A DNA stretch of 64,000 bases from Octopus bimaculoides (GCF_001194135.2 NC_068987.1:80240095-80304094); one strand, 5' to 3'; shown: positions 1 through 14,391, numbered from the stretch's first letter. Notes: generated by a model not told the origin, from the letters alone. Made by a program: numbers and translations.

Positions 1-632
1 ACTTAAAATAAATATTAGAGCTGATTTGCTCGACTAAGACCTTGAAACCAGGAACCCAGTATCGCTGCTATCCAATGACTGAACCACGTAAAAGATGAAT
101 AATAAAGAGAATTCTTACTGTACGATATACATAAAACATAATTTATATGTGTGTGTACTTGCGCGCGCGCATGTGTGCATTTGTGTATTTGTACCTGTTC
201 TACTTTTGTCTAGACATCACGTGGTGATTGTAAATGAGTATCATTGTCATACAAGTGAGGTTGTTCGTTTCCAGACTTTCGTGAAAACAACTGTTCAGCA
301 ATGAGCAAACATTATTTGTTTGGGAAGAGGTGAGAGTCGGTGACAGGAAGCGCATCCGGCTATAGAAAGTCTCCAAATGCAAGCATGGAAAAGTGGACGT
401 GAAATGGTGATGGATAGCTGTAGATGTAGAAACTAATTTCAGCGATATTTTAGCCATAACACACTGAAATGAGTTGTTGATAACTGTATATCTTTCCGGA
501 CTCTATATTTTCTTTCTTGTATGAAAGATAAAACACCATCTTTATATGTGGTTTTATTCAGTGACATCGCCTTACATTTCTTAACTCCTCTCTGACTGCA
601 TGCTCATAAAACTTTCAAATTTTTATCTCAAT

Positions 633-1012
633 CATGGCCATGTTGTTAAGAAGCTCGCTTTGCAACCATGTAGTTTTGAGTTCAATCCCACTGCGTGGAA
701 CCTTGTGCAACTCTCTTTCATTTTAATCCCAGGCCGACTAATGCCTTATAGGTGAATTTGAAAGATGGAAACTGTGTGGAAGCTATCATATGTATGTACA
801 TGTGGTGTGTATTTTTGTGGTTGTGTATATCCCACGCACTGCTTGACAACTGGTGTTGGTTTCTTTGCATTCCTGTATCTTAGCGGTTTCGGCAAAAGTG
901 ATTAATAGAATAAGTATCAGACTTTAAAATATATGTGCTGGGGTCAATTTTCTCGATTAAACTCATCATGGCGGATTCTAGTATGGCTGCAGTTCATTAA
1001 CTGAGACAAGTT
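633..1012 (+). mobile_element. SINE family A, diverged copy
   Basis: Head gagttcaatcccactgcg, body ggcaaaagtgattaatagaataagta, tail cagttcattaactgagacaag. Confidence 0.75.
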
Positions 1013-1566
1013 AAATCTAGAATATATATATTATTGACCACATATACCTAACATATAACATCAGTGTATTAGACGGTAGGTTGCGACTTGGCGCGGTCGA
1101 GATTACTCGAAAACCGGGTGTTAAAACACCTGAAAGTTATGGACAGGTGAGATAATTTACTCCAAATCTCATCGAGAAGTGATGAACATCAATGTTCCGC
1201 CATTTTTGTGGATTATCAACATCACTTATCCGAACTGAATTGGACATGAATCATAGCGCCATTTCACGATTTTTATCCATATAATGTGAAGACTATGTGC
1301 TGGTATGCTCGGACGATGCATACATAAGAATAAGTTCAAATTTGAAATAAAAGTAGCGCTTGTGTAATAAAGATTATCGACTATATATACTTAACAGATA
1401 CTCTGAGCGTGCTTGCTTGTAGGCTGCGAACTAGCGTGGTGGAGAATACTCTCTCAAAGCACCGGGTGTTAAAACACCTGAAAGTCTTGGACGGGTGAGA
1501 TAATTCGCTCTATATTTCATTCATTATGTCTGCAGAAATTTATGTACATTTGGTTTTCTTTTCCAG

Positions 1567-1671
1567 GTGAAAATCATTGCTGAAACTAAAGGACCAAGTC
1601 ATACAAAAGAGCTGAAAGATTTGCTTGCTCTTTACTACGATGAAGTTTTTTGGGGAAATAATGTTCACTAG
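1567..1671 (+). CDS. Terminal coding exon of a probable L-threonine dehydratase (ammonia-lyase); C-terminal ACT-like domain end
   Basis: Acceptor ttggttttcttttccag|GTG, then VKIIAETKGPSHTKELKDLLALYYDEVFWGNNVH* (35 codons incl. TAG). V-x-x-x-x-ET-[KR]-G-x-x-H-x-x-E-L resembles the ACT C-terminus of bacterial and invertebrate threonine dehydratases (recalled, not searched). No upstream exon recognised in 1-1560. Confidence 0.65.
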   Translation: MKIIAETKGPSHTKELKDLLALYYDEVFWGNNVH

Positions 1672-2218
1672 AAAGGGAAAACGGAAATTTTATCAGTTCT
1701 TCTTTAATCAAATCATTATAGAGATAAACTCGCAATTAAAAAAAAAACGATTAAATTGAGACTTTTTTACTTTCAAAGTAAAAAAAAAATTCACTGGAAG
1801 AAAAGTTTACAAAGAAAATACTTAAAATAACTCTCCGGAAATCCCTTTTGTAACATTATAGGTACATGAACTCACATAACCGCACACATATTCATTCACA
1901 CACACACACTCATTTACACATACACACACATATTGTACATTTATATATGTGTGTGTGTATGTGTATATTTATCTATAAGTGAATATTTATACATATATAG
2001 ATGTGTGTGCGTGTATTAATATATATATATGAATATATATATATATATATATGAGTATTATTTGCACATATGTATATGTATGAGTGTATATATATAAATC
2101 TTTAGTTAAATATATTCAATGAGAATATTATGTACTGAATATATATTGAGTGCTCTATTGTATCAAAGTATTAATACTATTAAAGTATTTATGTATTTAA
2201 CACGAATTTCAAGATTGA

Positions 2219-2299
<81 letters not shown>

Positions 2300-3764
2300 C
2301 GTATTCACATTGTAGCATTGGAAGTGTATAAACAAAAGCAACCACTAATTCTAAATATGATAATTTCAGAACGTACAATTTGTTATCTTGCAAACTAATT
2401 TTCTACTGCATCATGGGAGCGAAAACATCCAGTTCACCTGGTTTGGTATTTCTATCATGTACACTAATTCAATTATTAGTTAAGATAGTAAATATTGTCT
2501 AAAAGGATTATTGCGAGCGTCTGAAAATCTAACTCCCTTAATATTGTGGCTTGGTGATCAGTATCACAGTCTAAAGTAAATGATTACTTACATTTCAACA
2601 ACATTATATTGCGTGTCTTATCAACAACAATTCGGAGGGTTGAGGAGTGGTGAAGGAAGGTATTTGAGTGTATGGCGGCGAATGTATGTGTTTGTCTGGA
2701 GCACATAAGAAATAAAACAATTATTAACACTTACAGTATTGTGTTTGTTGTATTTCTGATAAAACATTAATTAAGAACAGGATCGATAATTACTAAATTA
2801 TCGAATTCAATAAATATTGGTTCTGAAAGGAAAACACTAAATGAAATATAAACTATCGCTTATTTTTGTTGTAAAGTCGAATGCCATTTCAATTTTCATT
2901 AATTTCGATTAAAAGCCGCCAACAAAATGAAGGTATAGTTTTTGAAACGCGCTTTATTTTGAGTATTAAATCAAGGAAATTCGATTGTACATTTCTGAAT
3001 TTCTTGCTATTTGTTCTACTTCAAAGAAAACGTTAAGACTTATTGTGAATTCTTAACGACATGGCGTGGTTAAAGCTTTGAGTTAATCAAACGTTATATT
3101 ACATGGAAAAATGCGAGCATGAAAAGTAATATTCTTAAGATTATAAGTCTGGAAAAGTACAGGACAAGTTATTACACCTGTAAAAGCATAGGACAAGCTA
3201 TTACTTCTAATAAAGTAAAGAATAAACTTTTTACTTAAAATGTTGCAGGAAAGAATGCCAGTTCTTCTAATTTATCTCTCTTTACAGTTCGCATCTTTGA
3301 GAACTAAATTAGTGGAGACGCTTGGAAGCTGCTGCGATTGACGAAATGGTGGACTTAAGAATATATTCAACCACAGTAGTGGTTGAATATTTCTTCAACG
3401 AATCTTGAAGCTTTTAGTCAGTTTTCTTTTAGAGGTTGTTTAGTAACAATTTTTTTAGGATTAAACTATACTTATTGCATAATGTATTAATGAAATGACG
3501 GTAACATTTTAATTAACCAACGACAAATATAAATGTCATTATTAGATAACTTAAAATTGTTATTCCGAAGGTTCAGTTGCCAAGAAAGTGGTTTGGTCGG
3601 AGATCGTGTGTTCAAACTAAAATGATTGCAGCGTGGAAAAGACGTATTATCTATTCAAAAACACACAAAGATTCGCTTAAGTATTCATCATTTTGTGCGT
3701 TAATGATCAGGTCATAATTGGTGCAACGAAACATTTGACTTCAAATAATATATGCTTAAGTGAA

Positions 3765-3978
3765 GGCGGGGAGCTGGCAGAAACGTTAGCACGCCGGGCG
3801 AAATGCTTAGCGGTATTTCCCCTGTCTTAACGTTTTGAGTACAAATTTCGCAGAAGTCGACTTCGCCTTTCATCCTTTCGGGATCGATAAATTAAGTACC
3901 AGTTGCGTAACTTGGGTCGATCTAATCGACTGGCCCCCCTCCCCCAAACTTTCAGGCCTTGTGCCTAGAGTACAAAAT
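3765..3978 (+). mobile_element. SINE family B monomer (tRNA head, gcctttcatcctttcggggtcgataaattaagtaccag core)
   Basis: gagctggcagaaacgttagcacgccgggcgaaatgcttagcggtatttc...caggccttgtgcctagagta. Further copies: 6133-6285(-), 9520-9975(+), 15672-15890(-), 16258-16450(-), 16655-16812(-), 23290-23490(-), 27890-28090(+), 38695-39045(+), 49800-50545(-), 51505-51590(+, head only). Confidence 0.85.
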
Positions 3979-5083
3979 AATATATGTTTAAGTGAAGTTA
4001 ATATTCTTTATGTGCTTTTGAATAGCTATGTGCTTTCCACGCTGTAACCGTTTAAAAATTTTATAATTATCAATACTCGATATCCGTGTCGTAATGGACC
4101 CTGGAAGATTGATAGCCAACGTTTATCTCGATAATATCTAAATTCAGAATACGTAAAAGAAATTAATAAATATACAACAGCTCACATTTCTCATTTATTT
4201 ACTATGATTTATATAGTAACCCATATAAAAACAGATTGTTTATAATAATATACCGGAAGCCATGTTCACTCGGCTGCAAATACTCCCTCTTGTGTTTATT
4301 GAAAAGTGATGCAAATAATTCTTCGATTATATTCCATTTTAAAATTCAGGTGGATTCAATGTCTGGAATATCCTACGCACGCCCACGAATCGTGTATTTT
4401 AATTTATCTCAGGTTTCAACTCTGAGCATATGTCTCGCTGAATTGGTTAAACATATACTCTTAAATATATATTTATTTATTAGCCAATTTAATTAAGAAA
4501 TTTCTGAAAACAAACATTTCGCAAGCCACAGATCGATTGAACAGATAAATCAACACGTAAAATATACAATAGATTTATTTCCGGAATAACAATAAGAGAA
4601 ATTACAAATCGTAAAAATATCTTTGTTTATTTTTCTGACAATTTAAAATGACAAAAGCCAACATTTTGATGACAAGTTGATAAAGTCCATAACATTATAA
4701 AGTACTGGCTGCTTATTTCTACGAAGGAAACAGCCAATTGTTTTGATCGTTGGCCAGAAATATTAGAACATCAATTCATATTGTAGTTTCTATTGAGCAA
4801 AATTATGTTGAATTAGTAGCAGGAAGCACAATCATTTTACAGTTAAAACAAAACTGAGAAAATAACATACTTGTGTAATTAATTATCTACAGCATTGGCA
4901 CAGGGCAACACATCATTAAATAGCAATATAGTCAACTGAATAGACCCGAGTAAAATCAAAAGCAAAAATAGACCCCAAAGTAATCTGGATTCAGGATATA
5001 AATAAAATGCTGCAAAATATTTTGATGCAAGGTCTACTGATTCTGCTATTAACCAACTTATAATTTGTGTGCTTATATATATA

Positions 5084-5117
<34 letters not shown>

Positions 5118-5300
5118 GGCGTAGGAGTGGCTTTGTGGTAAGTAGCTTGCTTACGAATTACGAACCACATGGTTCCGGGTTTAGTCCCACGTGGCACCTC
5201 GGGCAAGTGTCCTCTACTAAAGCTTCGGGCCGACCAAAACCTTGTGAGTGGGTTTGGTAGACGGAAAGCCCGTCGTATATATGTATATATGTATGTGTGT
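5118..5300 (+). mobile_element. SINE family A, 5' half
   Basis: ggcgtaggagtggctttgtggtaagtagc...gcccgtcgtatat, flanked by TA repeats. Confidence 0.85.
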
Positions 5301-6096
5301 GTGTGGGTGTGTGTGTGTGTAATGTAAGTTAATATCAATGTATTCTTTATGCAGCACTCAATATAAACTCCTGGCTATCTACACGTTAAGATGGGTATTT
5401 AGAAATAATCCATATTCTATGGTGTCGAAGCTCCAGGTACTTATCAATGGTATAATGAGTATGTAAGTATTTTGTGGAGAAACATATAATGAAAGGAAAA
5501 AGAAGATATCACTATAGCATAAATTTAATATTCGTTACAATTGTTTCAGTACCACTCTGCTTCGAATTACCTTATATATGGATGAATATGTATGATAAAT
5601 TACGCAAGACTTCTATAAATTTATGCCAAGTTGAAATAGTGAGGAACTTTATATTATCGGACAATTACGAAACTCTGCTTATATATTCGGATGAACAACA
5701 ACAATTATGAATATTGTTATTGTTATCATTACTATTATTATTATTGTTGTTGTTGTTGTTGTTACGTTGCCTTTATTAATTACTACCAGTTAAGAAAAAT
5801 ATCGAGGACAGCACATGACGATACAATACAGTACAATGTAACAGGTAGTGGTGGGGAACTGTTTTCATAATCACTCTTTCAAGAGCCATCTCTTTGTTTG
5901 ATTTGAGAAACCAAATTTAAAAAATAAATATGTACATTCAATTTTTATGTTAAGCTTTTAAAATTGGTCCCGAAGGGATGACAATTTAGGAAAATCAACA
6001 GGCGTCAGAAGGTGCTAGTTAGCTCAAAAACAAAATGAGACTACAATACCCAATTCGATAACAACTTGCAAAGCCTTTACTTGCAAACAATAAAAC

Positions 6097-6133
<37 letters not shown>

Positions 6134-6539
6134 CCTTTCCACTATAGGTACAAGGCCTGAAATTTTGGGGAAAAGGGATAATAGAATACATGGTTCCCAT
6201 CGCTCAACTGGTACTATTTCATTGCCTCCGAAAGGGTGAAAGGCGAAGTTGACCTCGACGACATTTGAACAGTAGTTTATTGGCCACAAGGTCCGCCAAA
6301 AATATTTAGGACAATGCAACGACAAAAACAGTAGTGATTTACATAGAACGAATAAATAATAATGAAAAAAAAAACATAACGACTAACAAAAGAATTCTAA
6401 CAAAAAAATTCTTTAATAGTAGAGAAACGCCACTCAGAGGCAACAAAGAAAGCCACAGATCCCGAGTCACTCAAGTCGCTACGAGTACCATAGTTATTTC
6501 TCCTCTCTCCTCCGTACTCTTCAGCATAAAGGCGCTTGC

Positions 6540-6655
6540 TTACAGTAGGCCTACACTCTCGGACCGTCGTTGTCGCATTCATCCACCTTTCAATAAATTT
6601 ACTAAGAGGCAACACTTCCCTCTCAACCTTCCTCTTACTTTTCAAATGGAAGTTT
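6540..6655. repeat. Unclassified repeat shared, inverted, with ~12240-12350
   Basis: catccaccttttcaataaatttactaagaggcaacact-type segment versus the reverse complement catccacctttcaacaaatttgctgcgaggcaacact. Confidence 0.55.
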
Positions 6656-6679
6656 TAAAAAGTCTATAGAAATAACATC

Positions 6680-7040
6680 ACCTGACTTGGGAATATCGAC
6701 ATCAATGACAACAGTTGTACGGTAAGAAAATACGAAGTCAGGAAAGAAAGAAAGAGACAAAGAGAGCATTTAAGGGAGCAGTGTGTTGTGGCCTAGAGTT
6801 GTAAGGTAAGAGTATAAAGTTACTTCAAATAAATTTTTTAAATCTAGTAAAAGACAATTAACAACTTCCGGGTCAGGGTTCTCGCCATAGAGATTGAAGA
6901 TGAAGGTTTCGTGTACAAATCTGCTTATGATCTCATGAAACAACTCTCAGTCTCTGGGAAGAACAGGACCAAAGCTCTATAGGGAATATCAGAGACAGTG
7001 CAGAGATGTTCGAGCTGCTCTGGTTTAGGAGAAACAAAAA
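6680..7040 (+). mobile_element. Decayed 3' end of a restriction-like-endonuclease LINE (HERO/R2-like)
   Basis: From 6866: FRVRVLAIEIEDEGFVYKSAYDLMKQLSVSGKNRTKAL*GISETVQRCSS, resembling the HERO C-terminal .RV..IEVG.RGF....Y.L...L.I.G..R..A...SE.AE.SS pattern (recalled). Confidence 0.55.
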
Positions 7041-8496
7041 TGACACTTTTGTATTTTAACGCTAAGGGAAGTAACTCTGATTGAGCCATTGTGATAGCGC
7101 TGACGTTTCACCACTACTAACACAACCAAAGTTATTTCTTCTTTAAGTATGTTTGAAATCTGATTCAACGGAGACGAGTTACAAGATAGAATTTCCAAGC
7201 GGTTTTAATGCATGTCTCTGATATCCAAGTTGGTAAAAATTGTCAGCATCAGGGCAAACTGGCTCCCTTAGAGTGTAAGAAGAACCGAAACCATAGCGTG
7301 AGCGGAGGTTCTTCTCTGAAGACCTTCTGCTGTTCAACTCTCTATAACTTAATTGTCTATAACTTAATTGTCAAGGCGTCCTAAAAAGAGAAAAACGAAT
7401 ATGAAATGACGTTATTGTTATTATACTATTTATTAGTGTTTCTATTTTTGTTATTAATCTTAGTGTTAACCCAAAAAGCAGTGATGTCGTTGTTGCTAGC
7501 ATTTCTACAATTTTCATTAATATTGTTTTTATTACCGTCCATTGTAGTTTTTATTACAATCCACTGTTTTAACAATGACCTTCGTATCATTACTGGAATC
7601 ATTATTTTCGTTCTTGTTTTAATTTTGTTTCCATTTCTTTCCGAGTGTCTTCCCAACACCTAGATCAAAGAAACTCACTGTATATATTGATAAGCCACTA
7701 AAATAAACACACCAGATTGTTAATTTACAAAATCAAATAATATATTTTATACTTATCATCATTATAATTGTCATATTTATTCCTATATTTTTCTTTTCCC
7801 TGAATTCAGAAGCAACAGTAATGACCTTTGTTGCATATCATATATGATAATTGAGTTTGGTAAGTGTCTGATGAGGTACTAATCCACGCCATTTCAAACG
7901 TGTGTAAATTTATACAACTACTGTGTAATTTTCCATACATAATCATTTATGTGTAATGTGCTTTGTAAAAAAGAATGGTACTGAAACAATTGTAACCAAT
8001 ATTAAACTTATGCTATACTGATACTTTCTTCCTTGTCTCTACACATACATACACACAGACACAAAACACACGATCAAACAGACCCCATAGACTCGATCTA
8101 TATGGGAAAAACTTGTGTTATTCAATAAGATCGGTAAAAGCGTATAGTAAACTTGTTGTGGGGAGTAAAACATTCAACGTTTCAAACAGAGTCCTTTTTT
8201 TTTTCAGGGAGATGCTGACAAGATAGAAATCAAAGAGAAACGGCAGAAACGGCAGAGCTAAGTCACAAAAGCTGAATGCAACTGACAAGGGACGCAGGAC
8301 CACAGGAGCTTCATAAGTGAACAGGAAGTAGTGAGAGAGGAAAACTAGTTGAGAGAGGGAGATGGAAAGAAAATAGAATAAAGCGGGCAGCGGGTGAAAG
8401 TCAGAGTGAGGTAAAATATGAAGCGAAAAGGAGTTGAAGACTAAGAAAGGTATTACTGAACTAAGATGAGACGTAAAAGTACAAGAAAAGAAAATA

Positions 8497-8870
8497 GGCG
8501 TAGGCGTGGCTGTGTGGCAAGAAACTTGCTTTCCAACCACATGGTTCCGGGTGCAGACCCACTGCGTGACACCTTGGGCAAATGTCTTCTACTATAGCCT
8601 CGGGCTGACCAAAGGCTTGTGAGTGGATTTAGTAGATGGAAACTGAAAAGAAACCCATCGTATATGTGTGTGTGTATTTGTTTGTTTGCGTCTGTGTTTG
8701 CCCCCTCCCCCACCATCGTTAAGTTGTCCCCAACTTACCGGTTCGGCAAAAGATTCAGATATAAGTACCAGGCTTAGAAAGAATAAGTCTAAGGGTCGAT
8801 TTCTTCGAGTAACAGGCGGTGTCCCAGTATGAACACAGTCAAAATGACTGAAACAAGTAAAAGAATGAAA
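8497..8870 (+). mobile_element. SINE family A, full length
   Basis: Same head, body and tail as 53695-54118. Confidence 0.88.
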
Positions 8871-9976
8871 TAATTCATTTAAACCTGTTGGTGACATGGT
8901 ACCAAGTTCGAATATGAAACGTTGTGCCTTCCGTTTTCTAGACTATGTGCATCCTTGATGTAAAGACATGCTACACTCTGGTAAGTGATTGATGGAATGG
9001 TTTATTGTGATGAAGTGGGTGGCGACAGGTTGGCTTGGCATGCATAGTAGTATGCTTTGAAAGAGTCTGAGTTACAATATCACATTACCCAGAATTTTAT
9101 CATTTGCAAACGTTACAACACTCTTTATAGTGGAGAAATAGGCCGAAGCCTTGCATATCGCTTCGGGAGCACATTCAAACAATTCTAATACCTATACCAG
9201 GCTAATTAATCGATATCAACCAGTGTAAACAGTGTGTTGAGGTATGTCCCTGTATGTCAAAAGGAATACTTAGGCATAGATAGAAAGATAAAAATAAAGC
9301 AGCAAACTGAAATAAGTAATGGGATCAATGTAGATCGAAATCTAATTACTAAAACTAGTTCACAGGCAAAAGAGTATAGAAGTTAACCTCATTTCACTAA
9401 CTGAGAAAAAAACATTATATGTATTATGAATCACCAGGAAGGTTTTCAAACAGCTTAATTGCTGATTTTGCATTGATACAAAATCAGAGATAGTCGTATT
9501 GTATTTTTTTCCGACCCTTGACGTTCCGAGTTCAAATCCCGCAGAAGTTGACTTTGCCTTTCGTCTGCTCAGTTTTGATAAAATAAAGTAGCTGTTAGAT
9601 ACTGAGGTCAGTGCTATGGGCTAAATTTCTGCCCCTAGAATTGCTAGCTTTGTGTCCAAATTTGAAACAAAATCGGTGAGCAGACAGCATCGTTAGCGCC
9701 TGAGACGAAATGCCTAGCGGTGTTAATTCCGAGGCTTTACGTTCTGACTTCTAATACCTCGGGATCAATAAAATAAAATACCAGTTGAGTATTGAGGTCG
9801 CTGCGATTGGCTAATCTTCTGCCCTAAAATTGCCAGTCTTTTGCCAAAGTTTGACTTTTCCTTTCATCCTTTTGGAGTCGATACCTTAAGTACCAGTGAA
9901 ACACTGAGATCGATGTAATCGGTTTGTCCCCTCCCCAAAAATTTCAGGCCTTGTGCCTACGACAGAATGGATTATT

Positions 9977-10520
9977 GAGTGAGAGAGCAGTACATGCCAT
10001 CAAAGTGACACTGGGGTAAAATATACGAAGCCCAATATACCCATCATGACTACTAGTCTGATAAGGGCACACCAGACATATGCATCACAACCATATGTGC
10101 GCGATATCGTGATCTTATAACAAGATGAACAGTGCATGACCTCGCAGGTGGGGCCCAGTTAGAATTTTCTTCAGGTCGAGTAGTCCATCCTGCTCAAAAG
10201 GTCCCTGAATAAGGGTTTTTAAAGAAGAACAAAACACCCATGTTTCCAGAGGTGAATTATTTAAATCACAAAGAATTCCTCTCAACACATGACTATGATG
10301 CTCCCCCACTACTTCTGCTCGTCCTCAGAGATGTACGTATCATCAGCCACCAAGGCTGGTTAAGGTCAAACAAGTGACAAGCAAATCTGTGGTATTGAGC
10401 AGAATATTTGCTGTAGTCCATCTTTTATACCAAGACAAAACAACGTACATGATAACACTTCCAATCAGTTAAAATCAAAAGTCAAGAGAGCCACTGCCTG
10501 GTACTGCATTAGGGCATTAT
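9977..10520. repeat. Unclassified ~540-bp interspersed repeat, copy 1
   Basis: Colinear similarity to 12615-13143 (gcagtacatgccatcaaagtgac...ttttcttcaggtcgagtag...ccaatcagttaa). Confidence 0.85.
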
Positions 10521-11774
10521 TTTACCAAGTACAACTAAAGAAAAGTATTTATTTTTCGATTATTTTGTAGCACAAAGTTCATGAAACGCAATGGAAGTCT
10601 ACTGTATGGAAGCGGCACATAGGGACTACTATTCTGGGATATGATTTTTTTTCAGTTACCCTTTACATTAGATTCAAGATGGCCTCTACTCAGAGATGCG
10701 CATGAGTATAACTACACAGAAAAGAACCAAAAATTCAAGGAAAAAAGAAATCAATGTCATAACTAAATTCACTCGTCACACACACGGTAATGTCATTTTA
10801 ACATTTTAAACGTTAATCTGAAAGGTTTGAATGACTCATTTAATACCATTATCAAGATCCGCTTACAGAATTTGCCAAACAAAGAAAACGAGCCAGTTTA
10901 AGCGAACGTGTTTTCGGTGGCACAAATGGTATTAGCAACACTAAGGCATTGAACATGAATGACTTAGAAGAGGGGAAAGAAAGCGTGCCTGGCAGAGATG
11001 TTCGACCAAAGAAAGTTTTTCCTAATTTTGAGAACTTTTTCCAAGAGTGAGCAAAAACCGAAGGTATCTGGCCGACGTATGGAATAGCAGAGACAGCAAA
11101 AATAGCCGGTCTATAGGCCCTACTCCGATCGGGGTAAGTGTGACTTGTGGGGCAAGATAAGGACAGAGCGAGAAAGCATGCCGAACACGTATGATATAGA
11201 CCCGTATATGGGACGACACAGTACGAAATTCAACTTTACAGTGGTTTGAAAAGGAAACATGTTTTATTTATTGTTAAACCTAGAGTAAAAAATAGCCAGC
11301 TAATATATTGAACAAATGTGAGAAGGTGGATTGGCACCAAACACTCCTAAACGACGTACTTTTAGTATAAAACATCTTGTTGGCGGTTTATAATGCAGAG
11401 CCTTTAACTATTAGAATGAGATCAAAAATACTCCCGGCACTTTCAAATGTAAAATATTCCAGTACGACGAATGGAAAAATGCCGAGGCTGAGCAATGATC
11501 TCATCCAACAGAGATTGCTGCTTCTCACATTTACTATTTGTTTTGGTATATATTGTTAATTATTTCTCATTTAATTATGCCGTCTTTTGATTAGATACGT
11601 TTATTGAAATAGTTTTTATAATTTTCATTTAAATCAATGTCTCAATACAGTTTATCATGTCTTTCATACTCCACTGGTTACCTTCTATGACTTTACATCA
11701 CCATATGTTCATAAAATTTGAATATTTCAAAAACATGGAAACGCGTTTTTGCATATATGAATTGGTCATGGTAG

Positions 11775-12138
11775 TTGTTGTTGTTGGCACTCCGTCGCTT
11801 ACGACGTCGAGGGTTCCAGTTGATCCGATCAATGGAACAGCCTACTCGTGAAACTAACGTGCAAGTGACTGAGCACTCCACAGACACGTGTAACCTTAAC
11901 GTAGTTCTCGGGGATAATCATCGTGACACAGGGTGACAAGGCTGGCCCTTTGAATTACAGGCACAACAGAAACAGGAAGTAAGAGTGAGAGAAAGTTGTG
12001 GTGAAAGAGTACAGCAGGGTTCACCACCATCCGCTGCCGGAGCCTCGTGAAGCTTTAGGTGTTTTCGCTCAATAAACACTCATAACGCCCGGTCTGGGAA
12101 TNNNNNNNNNNCTAACCACTGGGCCATTGCGCCTCCAC
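11775..12138 (-). mobile_element. SINE family C, near full length (small internal gap)
   Basis: Same sequence; flanks ggtcatggtag / ggccatggtag. Confidence 0.88.
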
Positions 12139-12614
12139 GGCCATGGTAGAAATTAAAAGAAATAGTCATCACTTTTGAAATTGCTAAAAACAGGAAGTTC
12201 CTCTTTCGCCAAACCATTTAAATTTTTTCAATTTTCGCGTGAAAAGGAAAGTGAGGATAGCGAGGTAAGTGTTGCCTCGCAGCAAATTTGTTGAAAGGTG
12301 GATGACAGTGGTGAGCATAGTCAAGGCGTACGGGTATGCTCTGAACATACACACGTAGATGGGAGGAGGAAAGCTGGAAGAGGGTGTTTGCCTTAATGGT
12401 CAGGGTGACCGTCCCTTTTCGGGATTTCCTTGAGCAATCCTCGAATGTCTCCCTCTTTTGGGGGAATTATTCCTACTTTTAATATTTAAGAAAATATTCA
12501 TTCTTTATAATTTTTACTTTTTATACACTTTTACGTATCAGCAGTCTGTGTCGTCCTGTTTTTCATCAACAGTCATTGGTTAATAAAGAGACCATACTAA
12601 TTATTATTATTACT

Positions 12615-13143
12615 GAGCGAGAGAACAGCACATGCCATCAAAGTGACGTTGGAGTACAAAGCTCAATATACCCATCTTGACTACCCGTCTGGTAAGGGTA
12701 CACCTGGCACACGCATCACAACTATATGTGTGTGACATGATGATCTCATATCAAGATAAACAGCCCATGACCTTGCAGGTGGAACCGTGTTAGAATTTTC
12801 TTCAGGTCGAGTAGCCCATCCAGCTCAAAAGATCCCTGAATAAGGGTTGTTTAAGAATGCTGAACAAGACACATATATTCCCAGAGATGAATTATTCAAA
12901 CCCCATAGAATGCCTCTCAACACGTTGCTATGATGCTCCCCCACTAATTCTGCTCATGATGAGAGATGCACGTATCGTCAGCCACCAAGGGCCATACTCA
13001 ACTGGTTAAGGTCAAACAACTGACTATCAAATCTCTGCTATTGAGCAGAATATTTGCTGTAGCCCGTCTTTTACAGCAAGACAATATATGTAATTGATAA
13101 CATTTCCAATCAGTTAAGATCAGAAGCTATGAGAGCCAGTGCC
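12615..13143. repeat. Unclassified ~530-bp interspersed repeat, copy 2, ending in (TAT)n
   Basis: Same orientation as copy 1. Confidence 0.85.
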
Positions 13144-13200
<57 letters not shown>

Positions 13201-14347
13201 TACTACTACTACCATTACTACTATTACTACTAGTAAAGGTGGTAGTGGTGGTGTTAATAATTGTAGCAGCCGCAGTTAACGAACGTTTGTTCAGCAAATG
13301 TACATGTTAGAATTATAAATATATTATGAATCACAAGATATATCTTTTCTCATATGTAAATATTAAGCTTTGAAAAATAAGTCATTTAGGGCTTAACTCA
13401 TGGTGATATAAATTTTAAAGTTAATTCTCTGCGAAAAAATAGTCAACTATATGTATGAAAAATAATTTAAGATTAACTCGGGTAAATACACACGCATATG
13501 TCTGTATATCTAATGTGTATGTGTGTGCGTGTGTATGCTTGCCCGTGTGTTTCTGAATATATATAATAGTATATATACGTACATTAATACATATATATGT
13601 ATATATGTATGTAATATAATTTTTCTGAGCCTTCAGATTTTTCAATTGATATTAATCAAATTAATATTCAATTTTTCACCCTTATTATTTAAATCTATAT
13701 ATGTATAAGTGTATATACGTATAGGAACATATATATATGTTTGTATAAGAGTATATTAATATATATATATAAGTGAGAGGTATTAAGTTTATTCAATTTG
13801 TTATGATTAAATTACTGTGGAGATCATTATGTAATATGCATTTTATGATGGAAATGGCTATATCGTTGTTATCATCCGTGTCTTCATACATAATATTTTA
13901 TTTGTCACTCACACGTTGTTGAAACTATTGTATATCACGGAATAAATGTCATAGCTGCAACTCCATTATTCACCTATATATCTTTACTTCATTTCAGTAT
14001 CTAGGGCGGGCAGCCTATTATTGAGTTAATCGGACGGATAATCAATCGACATAATTGTTACTTTAATGTGGGACAAGTCTATGTGATGGATGCTATAAAT
14101 GGTACAATATCTAGTAAGCAGACACAGCTTTATGATGTTGCTTTTATCTTGAAATTTGCAGGGCAAAACTGATTGTCACAAACTGCGACGAAAGAAATTT
14201 AACAAACCAGTTTATGTATTTATGCATTCATTCATTAAGCAGTTATGTATATAGTTTGCATTTTGTTCGCAGTCGCTTATACTCCATGAAACGCTTCGGT
14301 CTAATGAGCATGATCTATAAATATATATATATATATATAGATTATGA

Positions 14348-14391
<44 letters not shown>

